36,555 nt of DNA from a virus (taxonomy: Duplodnaviria; Caudoviricetes), in IMG/VR virus record IMGVR_UViG_3300027782_000182, positions 1 through 36,555 of that record; one strand, 5' to 3'. Below are positions 28,173 to 36,555 of this stretch, piece after piece. The position numbers and the translations under genes were made by a program. Every line of letters begins with the position of its first letter. Position 1 is the first letter of the stretch. Below the pieces are notes generated by a model. The model was given only the letters and a program-made list of their open reading frames with translations. It had not been told where the DNA came from and did not search any database.

Positions 28173-28838
28173 ATGGAACAGAAAAACACAAGTGAATCAA
28201 CTATGAAAAACGAAAAACCAAAGGAAAATTCTCAACCCAACGAGACCGCGGGCTGGCATTTTGAAGGCCACATTAAGATTTTTGACCCAGAAACCGGTGA
28301 AGTATTTCAAGACAAGCGCAATGCTATTCACTATGAAAATATGAGTGTTGCTATGGTCAATAGCCTAAGCAATCAAGGACAAGGCTGGATTTATCAAATG
28401 GCATTTGGCAGTGGTGGAACAACAGTTGATCCTACTGGATTAATTACCTACTTAACACCGAATACTGTGGGTGTAAATACTGGATTATATAACCAAACCT
28501 ATGCTAAAATTGTTGATCAAAATGCCACAGAAAATGTAGACCCTACGAGAAACAAGATGGAAATCCGCCATATCAGCGGAGCAACTTATAGCGATATTGT
28601 TATTAGCTGCTTACTAGATTATGGCGAGCCTGTGGGACAACAAGCCTTTGACAACAGTGTTGATATGAGCGGTAGCTATGTGTTTGACGAATTAGGCCTC
28701 AAGAGTTATAATCCAAATGGAGAAGGTAAATTGCTCACTCATGTAGTATTCCATCCTGTACAAAAATCATTGAATAGATTACTTCAGGTAGATTATACAA
28801 TTCGCGTACAGAGCTTAACTGGCTTCACAGAGGTATAA
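28173..28838 (+). CDS. Putative baseplate / fibre-attachment protein
   Basis: GHIKIFD...KRNAI...MAFGSGG...FDELGL...LLTHVVFHPVQKS...VDYTIR resembles stand-alone tail-collar/fibre N-terminal-like baseplate proteins. Sits between the giant protein and the fibres; an alternative start is at 28203. Confidence 0.6.
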   Translation: MEQKNTSESTMKNEKPKENSQPNETAGWHFEGHIKIFDPETGEVFQDKRNAIHYENMSVAMVNSLSNQGQGWIYQMAFGSGGTTVDPTGLITYLTPNTVGVNTGLYNQTYAKIVDQNATENVDPTRNKMEIRHISGATYSDIVISCLLDYGEPVGQQAFDNSVDMSGSYVFDELGLKSYNPNGEGKLLTHVVFHPVQKSLNRLLQVDYTIRVQSLTGFTEV

Positions 28839-28841
28839 TAA

Positions 28842-31112
28842 ATGCCATATATTGTAAATTTTACCGACAGAGAAAACAAGACTCCTATCACAGTCTATGA
28901 TAATACTTCTAATGCAGACACAAGTTTAGATTTTCCGGGTCGCAATGTCACCGGCTACGGACAAATTATTGCCGAAAACTTTTTAGCATTGTTAGAAAAT
29001 TTTGCCGGCGGCTCAGCCCCAACCAACCCAATTGAGGGACAACTATGGTATAACTCACTTGAAGGTATTTTACAAATTTGGGACAACACCCAATGGAAAG
29101 CAGCCAGTAATATTCAAAAAAGCACTAGTGAACCTTCAGTAGAATCTGCTAAAGTTGGTGAACTGTGGGTAGACACTACTAATCAACAGCTATACGTATT
29201 CTCTGGATCAAGTTGGATTCTAGTTGGACCTAACTTTTCTACAGGTTTACAATCTGGGCCTGTTGTAGAGTCTATTATTGATAGTGATAACTTTGATAGA
29301 GTTATTGTAACTTTTTATGTAGAAGATAAACCAATTATTATTATCAGCAAGGATAGCTTTACTCCTAAAAATTCTATCAACGGATTTGCAGCAATTAAGA
29401 CAGGTATTAATATTACCAGTTTGGATGTTGGTGATGGCGGTTTTCTTCCAAAGTTCTACGGAACAGCAATAGCGGCAGATGCTTTAAATGTTGCCGGCAC
29501 TGCGGTTGCCGCCGCAAAATTTTTAAGATCTGATACAACTAATACAACAGAACAAAATTTTAATATTAGAAATAATTCTGGTCTTACTATTGGAGTTGAT
29601 GGAACATTTAGTTTAACGGCATCGTCAACTGCCGCAAAAATATACAATGCTACGGCCGGCGCCAGTATTGATTTACAAACTAACAGAAACGGTGTTCCTG
29701 ATACTGTTTTAAAAATTGTTAACAATACGGTTGGTATTAATGTAGTTGCACCCGACGAAGCACTGGTTGTTAGCGGAAATATTAAAACCGACGGAAGTTT
29801 AATTCTTACCAATATTACTGAAAGCACTAATTTTAGTAACGGTAGTTTTAGAACAGCCGGAGGTATTGCTGTAACTAAAAATGCATTGATTGGAAAAAAT
29901 ATCGATGTCTACGGTCAAACTATTATAACATCAATTGAACCAAGAGAAACTGAAAAATATGATAGTGGAAGTTTAACAAGAAGATGGAATACTGTTAGAA
30001 CTAAAACTCTTATTGCAGATACTTTAGTCGGAGCACTCGAAGGTAACATTATTGGTAATGCTACTACAGCAACTAACTTGCGCTTTCCAACAACTTTTAA
30101 GATGCAGGGAGATGTAACCTCTGCAAATATTACATTTGATGGACAAGTTGGCGGAACCACAAAAACTTTTGATACAGTTATTACTTCTGGTATTATTTCC
30201 AGTAAAGTTCAACCTAGCCCTAATGTATCAAAAGCTGATGATTTTGTGCTGGTTTTTAGGGCAGGCGAAGGACTATTAAAAGAAACTAGAGATGTATTTG
30301 TTGGAGATCTCGGGGTACCTGTTGGCACAATTTTGCCGTTTGCCGGATCCGCAGCCCCTTATGGTTATTTATTATGTGACGGCAGTGAGCAAGAAATTGC
30401 CAAGTATCTAACATTGTACAATGTTATAGGAACAATTTATGGCACACCGTTTAGGGGTCAAGCAGGTCTAACCTTTGTGTTGCCCGATATGCGAGGTCGT
30501 TTCTCACTCGGCAAACACGACATGAATAATAATAACACTGTTCCTTTGGGTGGCGGATTTATAGATGCAGGCGGCGGCCTTCCAGGTAGCGAAGCCATTC
30601 CTGCAGGAAATTTTGTTGTTGGTCGCCGATACACAATTTCAAGTGTTGGATCAACTAATTGGCCAAGTATCGGAGCCAGTTCTTCAACAATAGGCACTAC
30701 ATTTACTGCAACAGGAGTAGGCAGCGGTACAGGATCTGCAACATTAGTTCCTAGAGTCGATGATATACAGGCACAAACGCTAGGCGGCGCAAGCGGCGAT
30801 TATAGAAACACTTTAACCGCAACTAATATTCCGCAACATGAACACGATTTTAAAGCACTCAATGACGCCGGCACTAAAGGCAGTAATCAATATCATGCAA
30901 CTCGATTAGACACAGCAAGTCCTCCGGGTATCGAGCCAGGAGAAGGAGCCTTCTTAGGTCGAGGTCCTACAACACCTGGACAAATGCAATATCTTCCAAG
31001 CAGCGGAGGAGTATTAGGTTATACAACAACACAGTTGGGACAGAGTTTTTCAATTATGAATCCCTATCTAACATTGAACTATATTATCCGTTCAGGACCA
31101 CCAGTATTCTAA
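28842..31112 (+). CDS. Tail fibre 1 with C-terminal phage tail-collar domain (gp12/short-fibre-like)
   Basis: Shared N-terminal GRNVTGYGQIIAENFLALLENFA domain; collar motif PVGTILPFAG..AP.GYLLCDG...LPDMRGRF; tip NIPQHEH...NPYLTLNYII. Confidence 0.85.
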   Translation: MPYIVNFTDRENKTPITVYDNTSNADTSLDFPGRNVTGYGQIIAENFLALLENFAGGSAPTNPIEGQLWYNSLEGILQIWDNTQWKAASNIQKSTSEPSVESAKVGELWVDTTNQQLYVFSGSSWILVGPNFSTGLQSGPVVESIIDSDNFDRVIVTFYVEDKPIIIISKDSFTPKNSINGFAAIKTGINITSLDVGDGGFLPKFYGTAIAADALNVAGTAVAAAKFLRSDTTNTTEQNFNIRNNSGLTIGVDGTFSLTASSTAAKIYNATAGASIDLQTNRNGVPDTVLKIVNNTVGINVVAPDEALVVSGNIKTDGSLILTNITESTNFSNGSFRTAGGIAVTKNALIGKNIDVYGQTIITSIEPRETEKYDSGSLTRRWNTVRTKTLIADTLVGALEGNIIGNATTATNLRFPTTFKMQGDVTSANITFDGQVGGTTKTFDTVITSGIISSKVQPSPNVSKADDFVLVFRAGEGLLKETRDVFVGDLGVPVGTILPFAGSAAPYGYLLCDGSEQEIAKYLTLYNVIGTIYGTPFRGQAGLTFVLPDMRGRFSLGKHDMNNNNTVPLGGGFIDAGGGLPGSEAIPAGNFVVGRRYTISSVGSTNWPSIGASSSTIGTTFTATGVGSGTGSATLVPRVDDIQAQTLGGASGDYRNTLTATNIPQHEHDFKALNDAGTKGSNQYHATRLDTASPPGIEPGEGAFLGRGPTTPGQMQYLPSSGGVLGYTTTQLGQSFSIMNPYLTLNYIIRSGPPVF

Positions 31113-31122
31113 GAGATAAAAT

Positions 31123-32922
31123 ATGGCATATTTAATTACCAAATCAGACGGAACAACATTAACCACAATATCGGATGGTCAAATTGATGATTTATCAACT
31201 GATCTTACTCTTATAGGTAAAAATTACAGTGGGTTCGGTGAAGCATTTAATGAAAATTTAATTAAACTATTAGAGAATTTTGCCAGCACAGCAAGACCTA
31301 GTCGTCCTATTCGAGGACAGATTTGGTTTGATGTTACTGAATTAAAATTAAAAGTTTACAACGGAACCGCATTCCAACCAGTTAGTTCTGCCACTATTGC
31401 CGCCACACAACCAACATCGTTAACTCCGGGTGATCTATGGTTTGACGACACAAACAAACAGTTGTATTTTTATGACGGCGAGAATACTTTGTTGCTAGGA
31501 CCAAGTTACGGTCTGAGTCAAGGTATCAGCGGAATTCGTGTAACTACAATTCTAGATTCTTTAAACCAAAGCAAGGTTATCACCAGTCTATATAATAACG
31601 GAACATTGATCGGTATTTTTTCAAGTAGTGAAACAGTGTTTACTCCAAAGATTCCGATCTCAGGATTCAGTGGAACTATTATTCCTGGTTTCAATGCCAG
31701 TACTATTGCTGGTCTTAAATTTAATGTAACAGCAACTAATTCTGAAAAATTAGGTGGAAGATTAGACACTACCTATGTTAGAAACGACACCAGCGGAGTA
31801 ATTGACGGAAAGTTAGGAGTTACGCTAGGAGTTGAAATTGGCAATGCGCAACAAGTTAAGCTATTAGAAACTAATGGAGACCTGCTGTTACAAAACGTTG
31901 CACAGAATAAATTTATTAGATTTAGTGCTCGTAGGGGTGCAGTACAAGATGATGCAATAGTTATTGAGCCAAGTTCTCAAACTGTAAAAATCTATGACGG
32001 ATTTTTAAGTAGTCAAACTACAGTAGGTGGTAACTTAACAGTTAACGGAAACTTAACGGTTTTAGGAGATACGGTATCTGTTAATGTTTCTACATTAAGA
32101 GTAGAAAATAAACTAATTGAATTAGGAACAAGTTCAGATAGTTCTATATTAACTAACGCACAAGCAGACGGCGGTGGTATTATATTAAGATCGTCAGGTG
32201 CTGGCGGCCATAAAGAAATTTTTTATAGTCTTGATAGAGATGCGTGGGTTTTTAATCAAAATGTTGATTTAGAGACTGGTAAATCATTTAGGATTAGTGG
32301 AGTTGAAATATTAAAGTACAACGAAGGCGAAGCAACATACGAACTGACAAATGCAGTAACTCGAGCAACCGGTATCAATATATTTGGAGTCCAGGCAGAA
32401 TTTACCATTGATAACATATTTGTTAATAACAATAGAATTTCTTCAGTTAATGCCAACGGTGACATCGAAGTGTATCCTAACGGAACAGGTAATGTTGTAT
32501 TAAACGGTTCCGCTAGAATTACTGAAATAGGAGAACCTGTAGGAATATCAGACGCTACTACTAAAAATTATGTTGATGTGCAGATTAAAGCAAAGTCATT
32601 AGCATTGTCAATGGATATTAGCGATGGCAGAACCAATGAACAAATTGCCGGCGATCTAGAATCCATTGCTCCGGTGGCAGAGTACGACAACGGAACAGTT
32701 GCTAGAATTTTATGTACAATTGTTTCAGAAGTTCGACCAACGCTTAACCTAAATTCTTATCTAAATGAATCAACAGCAACATTTAACACCCCATCGGGCA
32801 CAGGATCTGCACTTACTGATGTTTCGTTTAGTGATGTTGATATTCCTACACCTGCATATAACATCAGTAGAATTGTAAAAACATATCAAGTAATTGCAAA
32901 TGCGTGGACATTTGTGTCATAA
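31123..32922 (+). CDS. Tail fibre 2
   Basis: Shared N-terminal GKNYSGFGEAFNENLIKLLENFA domain; fibre motifs GNLTVNGNLTVLG and DATTKNYVD. Confidence 0.8.
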   Translation: MAYLITKSDGTTLTTISDGQIDDLSTDLTLIGKNYSGFGEAFNENLIKLLENFASTARPSRPIRGQIWFDVTELKLKVYNGTAFQPVSSATIAATQPTSLTPGDLWFDDTNKQLYFYDGENTLLLGPSYGLSQGISGIRVTTILDSLNQSKVITSLYNNGTLIGIFSSSETVFTPKIPISGFSGTIIPGFNASTIAGLKFNVTATNSEKLGGRLDTTYVRNDTSGVIDGKLGVTLGVEIGNAQQVKLLETNGDLLLQNVAQNKFIRFSARRGAVQDDAIVIEPSSQTVKIYDGFLSSQTTVGGNLTVNGNLTVLGDTVSVNVSTLRVENKLIELGTSSDSSILTNAQADGGGIILRSSGAGGHKEIFYSLDRDAWVFNQNVDLETGKSFRISGVEILKYNEGEATYELTNAVTRATGINIFGVQAEFTIDNIFVNNNRISSVNANGDIEVYPNGTGNVVLNGSARITEIGEPVGISDATTKNYVDVQIKAKSLALSMDISDGRTNEQIAGDLESIAPVAEYDNGTVARILCTIVSEVRPTLNLNSYLNESTATFNTPSGTGSALTDVSFSDVDIPTPAYNISRIVKTYQVIANAWTFVS

Positions 32923-32940
32923 TGAAATACGGAGCGATAA

Positions 32941-35900
32941 ATGGCCTACATAATTAATAGATTCGATGGAACACAACTTGCTATAGTTGATGATGGTATC
33001 TTAGATACTAGCACTCCCGTAGGCCTACTTGGTAGAAATTATACCGGCTATGGTGAAATTCAAAACGAAAACTTTATTTTTCTACTTGAAAACTTTGCCA
33101 ATACAAGCCCGCCAGCTAGAGCACTAAGTGGACAAGCATGGTATGATAAAGGTGCAAAAGCTCTAAAAGTTTATAATGGTACAACCTGGTTAAGTATTGG
33201 TAATGCCACTGTAGCAGAAACTGAACCTGCCCATAGCAACGGTGGACTGTGGTTAAAAACAACCACACAACAATTGTATGTTAGTGATGGCACCGTGTGG
33301 CGCCAAGTTGGTCCAGAATCTGCTGAAGGATTTGCAGTCACTAAGATGACTAGCACTATTATCAAAGACAGCATTGGAGCAAACAAACCAGCAATATTGT
33401 CACAAATCAACGGCGAAACTACAGCAATTATTGTCAATGAAGATTTTGTTATAAATGCCGCAACTGAAATTCTGGGATTTAGTCAATTAACTCGTGGTAT
33501 CAATTTAAAATCTTCAAATTATTTTTCAGGAGCACTGAAAGGTAATGCAGACTCTGCTACTAAGTTAGAAACAGCAAGAAAAATTAACACAGTTGATTTT
33601 AACGGTTCTAGTGATATTACAGTTACCGCAGCAACTAACCAACCGTTAAAAGCAGGCGATTTTATTATTGGTTCTGAGTTTGATGGATCATTTGAGACCA
33701 CATGGGATATCAATGCTACTTCAGAAAACACAATTGGAACGGTAGTAGCAAGAAACTCTGTGGGAGGTTTTTCAGCTACTACTATCAATTCTGATTTATT
33801 TGGTAACGTGCAGGGTAATGTTACTTCCGTTACCGGTACCAGCATATTTAATGAAATTGTAGTTAACAATATCATTGGCGAAACATTTTCTGGCGTTGCT
33901 GCTCGTGCAACACGATTAGAAACTCCTCGACTTATTAACACAGTACCGTTTAACGGAACTGAAAATATTACATTGCCTGTTCCGGCCGAGTCTCTTACAG
34001 GAACAACTCTAGCACCCAATGTTGTTGATTCTCTGCTAACAAGTCTAGGAAAATTAGTTGCATTAGAAGTAGAAGCTCCCGGCATTGTTGTTGGAGATGG
34101 TAATAATCTCAATATTAAGATAGAAGGATTTACGCCTACATTAGAATCTGATGTTTCAAATGCAATAAAATTAAAATTATTAACTGGATCAGTAACAGTT
34201 GCACCAACAACAATTACATTTATTTCAGCAAATTCAGCCAGTGCCGACGGAATACTATCTCCAGCATTTGTTCCAGACTATACACTAAGTACTCCTGCTA
34301 ATCAAAGACCAGTATTAGGCTTACCTAGTTACAGATGGAAAGATATTTACTCAGCCGCCGCCACACTAGATGTGTTAAAAGCTACCACACTAAGTGGTAG
34401 AACAGCAGCCGACGAAGTTACAGTGTCTAATAAGTTGATTGTTAACAACGGAATTTACGGTTCATTGTTTGGTAATGTAACCGGTAATGTAACAGGTAAT
34501 GTAACAGGTGCTGCTAGCCTAAACATGTTAAAATCTGGAGATACATTATCTGGAGATATCAGCTGGACTAGTTCTGGTCGAGGGTTATCATGGTCAATGA
34601 ACAGTGACGGCGCCAGCATTCGTTATTACAATACCAGCGATGGTGCAACAGATAATAGATTAGAATTTAATACCAGCGATAACACCAATGAATTTTTTAG
34701 ATGGACTCATACTGTAGGAGCATCAACTTACGAGTCGATGCGTTTAACGCCAAATAGTTTTGGCACAGCAGATCTTAGTGTAACTGGTAGTATTAATATT
34801 ACTGGAACAGTAACAGGCACCCTTAAAGGTGACGGTAATCAGATAACAAATATAAATGCGGCAAATCTTGGAACCGGCACAATACCATCTGCTAGATTAA
34901 CTGGAACATACAATATAAACATTGCAGGTAATGTTGCAGGTAATGTTACAGGTAATCTGCAAGGCGTAGTAACAGGTAGTGTTATTGGAAATGTTACCGG
35001 TTCAGCTAGTTTAAATATACTAAAAGCAGGCGATACATTAAGCGGAGATTTAAACTGGTCAACAACAGGTCGTGGTTTAACCTGGGGAATGAACACCGAT
35101 GGTGCAAGTATCCGTTTTTACAATACAAGCGATGGCGATGCTGCCAGCAGATTAGAGTTTCAAACCACCGATAACGGTAACGAATATTTCAGTTGGACAC
35201 ATGCCGGCGGTAGCACATTTGAATCAATGCGCCTTGTGCCAAACAGCTCAGGTAACGCTGTTCTTACAGTATTTGGTAATGCCACAATCAATGGCACCAC
35301 CACAGGTACATTCAGCGGAACTGGCACAGCCTTGACACTCAATGCCGGCAATTTAACAACTGGAACTGTTCCTAGAGATAGACTTACAGGTGAATATAGT
35401 ATTAGTATTAATGGAAGTGCTAATACCGCTGTTAGAGCCTCTGTTGCAAACATAGTTGACAGCATCACTAGTGCTCAAATTGTTACTGCATTAGGTTATG
35501 TTCCGTCAGATACCGGACTTGCAGCGACAGGGATTGTAGGCGTTAGTGCTACAATTTCTGGTCCGATTACTTCAACTTCAACTTCAACAGGCGCATTAGT
35601 TGTAGCAGGTGGAGCAGGTTTTGGCCTAGATGTAACAGTTGGAGGGTCAGTAACAGCCGATGATGGTTTTATTGGTAATCTGTTAACCACTGGATCTGTA
35701 GGTGCAGCAGGAACCGTAACTGGAAATTGGACTTTATCGTCAGGTAGTAGATTACAGGCTACCTATGCTGACTTGGCAGAGTTATACACTTCTGACGAAT
35801 CTTATGAAGCTGGTACAGTATTGATTTTTGGAGGAGATGCTGAGACCACCACAACAACAATATATGGAGATGCTAGGCTAGCAGGAGTAGTTTCAACCAA

Positions 35901-36141
35901 TCCAGCCCACTTATTAAATTCAAACTTAACAGGTACAGTTAGTGCTATAGCACTTGTGGGAAGGATACCGTGCAAAATAATAGGACAGGTCAAGAAGGGA
36001 GATATGCTAACAACTTCTTCAATACCCGGATATGCTACAAAAATGATAGAATTTATTCCGGGAGCATTTGTAGGAAAAGCACTACACGATAAAGAAACCA
36101 GCGGTGAAGGTATAGTTGAGATTTCACTGAACAGAGCATAA
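32941..36141 (+). CDS. Tail fibre 3 with duplicated knob modules and a C-terminal intramolecular-chaperone (peptidase G2-like) domain
   Basis: Shared N-terminal GRNYTGYGEIQNENFIFLLENFA domain; ATKLETARKIN/ATRLETPRLIN repeats; GNVT repeats; C-terminal YADLAE...GVVSTNP...ALVGRIPCK...KKGD; SD GGAG. Confidence 0.85.
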   Translation: MAYIINRFDGTQLAIVDDGILDTSTPVGLLGRNYTGYGEIQNENFIFLLENFANTSPPARALSGQAWYDKGAKALKVYNGTTWLSIGNATVAETEPAHSNGGLWLKTTTQQLYVSDGTVWRQVGPESAEGFAVTKMTSTIIKDSIGANKPAILSQINGETTAIIVNEDFVINAATEILGFSQLTRGINLKSSNYFSGALKGNADSATKLETARKINTVDFNGSSDITVTAATNQPLKAGDFIIGSEFDGSFETTWDINATSENTIGTVVARNSVGGFSATTINSDLFGNVQGNVTSVTGTSIFNEIVVNNIIGETFSGVAARATRLETPRLINTVPFNGTENITLPVPAESLTGTTLAPNVVDSLLTSLGKLVALEVEAPGIVVGDGNNLNIKIEGFTPTLESDVSNAIKLKLLTGSVTVAPTTITFISANSASADGILSPAFVPDYTLSTPANQRPVLGLPSYRWKDIYSAAATLDVLKATTLSGRTAADEVTVSNKLIVNNGIYGSLFGNVTGNVTGNVTGAASLNMLKSGDTLSGDISWTSSGRGLSWSMNSDGASIRYYNTSDGATDNRLEFNTSDNTNEFFRWTHTVGASTYESMRLTPNSFGTADLSVTGSINITGTVTGTLKGDGNQITNINAANLGTGTIPSARLTGTYNINIAGNVAGNVTGNLQGVVTGSVIGNVTGSASLNILKAGDTLSGDLNWSTTGRGLTWGMNTDGASIRFYNTSDGDAASRLEFQTTDNGNEYFSWTHAGGSTFESMRLVPNSSGNAVLTVFGNATINGTTTGTFSGTGTALTLNAGNLTTGTVPRDRLTGEYSISINGSANTAVRASVANIVDSITSAQIVTALGYVPSDTGLAATGIVGVSATISGPITSTSTSTGALVVAGGAGFGLDVTVGGSVTADDGFIGNLLTTGSVGAAGTVTGNWTLSSGSRLQATYADLAELYTSDESYEAGTVLIFGGDAETTTTTIYGDARLAGVVSTNPAHLLNSNLTGTVSAIALVGRIPCKIIGQVKKGDMLTTSSIPGYATKMIEFIPGAFVGKALHDKETSGEGIVEISLNRA
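34495..35420 (+). repeat. Tandem duplication of an approximately 164-aa module (492-bp period) in tail fibre 3
   Basis: SLNMLKSGDTLSGDISW...MNSDGASIRYYNTSDG (from 34516) versus SLNILKAGDTLSGDLNW...MNTDGASIRFYNTSDG (from 35008). Confidence 0.9.
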
Positions 36142-36151
36142 GTCAAAAACA

Positions 36152-36159
36152 CATAAATA
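36152..36159 (+). promoter_or_regulatory. Late promoter box (CATAAATA)
   Basis: Intergenic ATAAATA upstream of SD-like AAGGA and the GTG at 36177. Confidence 0.55.
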
Positions 36160-36176
36160 TAAAAAAGGAATTTTAA

Positions 36177-36555
36177 GTGGCTTACCAAATAGACAGATTT
36201 AACGGTACTTTTTTAGTCTCGGTTGATGATCAAACACTCAACAGTACCGCTACGGATCTGCGTTTTGTTGGTCGCAATTACAGTGGCTACGGTGAAATTG
36301 AAAATGAAAACTTCTTGCATTTGCTGGAAAATTTTGCCAACAGTTCAGCGCCTCCTAGAGCTATTTCTGGACAAACATGGTTTGATACTAGCACTAAGAA
36401 ATTAAAGATCTATGACGGCAATAAGTTTAAAGTGACCACTGGCGCGGAATCTAGTGCTACAGCACCAGCAGGATTAACTACTGGCGATTTTTGGTGGGAC
36501 AATCAAAACGAACAAATTAAAGTATGGAATGGCACAGAGTTTATATTAGTCGGAC
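36177..36555 (+). CDS. Tail fibre 4, 5' part (runs off the window; absent from the ORF track)
   Basis: Hand translation from GTG 36177: MAYQIDRFNGTFLVSVDDQTLNSTATDLRFVGRNYSGYGEIENENFLHLLENFANSSAPPRAISGQTWFDTSTKKLKIYDG..., paralogous to the three preceding fibre N-termini. Confidence 0.9.
   Translation, partial: MAYQIDRFNGTFLVSVDDQTLNSTATDLRFVGRNYSGYGEIENENFLHLLENFANSSAPPRAISGQTWFDTSTKKLKIYDGNKFKVTTGAESSATAPAGLTTGDFWWDNQNEQIKVWNGTEFILVG

Noticed and set aside
33519-34112. 197-aa antisense ORF and the many other 60-130 aa ORFs nested in or opposite the large genes
   Set aside because: They overlap well-supported genes, have no recognisable motifs, and are expected from the codon bias of Gly/Thr/Asn-rich structural genes.
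34471-34510. ggtaatgtaac(c/a) 12-bp tandem repeats as a CRISPR or regulatory array
   Set aside because: They are coding GNVT repeats of a fibre shaft, with no spacers.
34495-35420. Repeat pair as a diversity-generating retroelement TR/VR or an invertible cassette
   Set aside because: Both copies are in-frame coding, differences are not adenine-specific, and no reverse transcriptase, invertase or inverted repeats are seen in the window.
36142-36176. Rho-independent terminators in the short intergenic gaps
   Set aside because: No convincing GC-rich hairpin followed by a U-tract here or in the other gaps.
36223-36405. 60-aa plus-strand ORF from the track
   Set aside because: Out of frame within the fourth fibre gene starting at 36177.
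1-36555. Stop-codon reassignment, since none of the called genes ends in TAG
   Set aside because: All genes, including the 14.4-kb ORF, are intact under the standard code, so there is no in-frame TAG/TGA evidence. TAG is a rare stop anyway.

Overview
AT-rich, gene-dense segment of a large lytic T4-related myophage, probably a jumbo phage (inference from gene content). No tRNA, rRNA, CRISPR array or mobile element was recognised. Two divergent blocks meet at a 54-bp intergenic region (4391-4444). The minus-strand block (1-4390) encodes an enlarged gp55-like late sigma factor, gp47/Mre11, gp46/Rad50, a small basic Hc1-like protein and a GIY-YIG endonuclease; the last four genes are linked by overlapping start/stop codons. 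The plus-strand block (4445 to end) is a contractile-tail baseplate and adsorption module: tube-initiator-like protein, gp53, putative hub, lysozyme-less gp5/VgrG-like spike, gp25, enlarged gp6, a 4,792-aa mosaic protein, a small fibre-attachment-like protein, and at least four paralogous tail fibres sharing one N-terminal domain. The fourth fibre is truncated by the window end and is missing from the ORF track. The giant protein carries about 7 CBM5/12-like modules, an FG-GAP-type propeller and beta-rich repeats. TAAATA late-promoter boxes and sigma70-type promoters are visible. All family assignments come from motif recognition by eye, not database searches.
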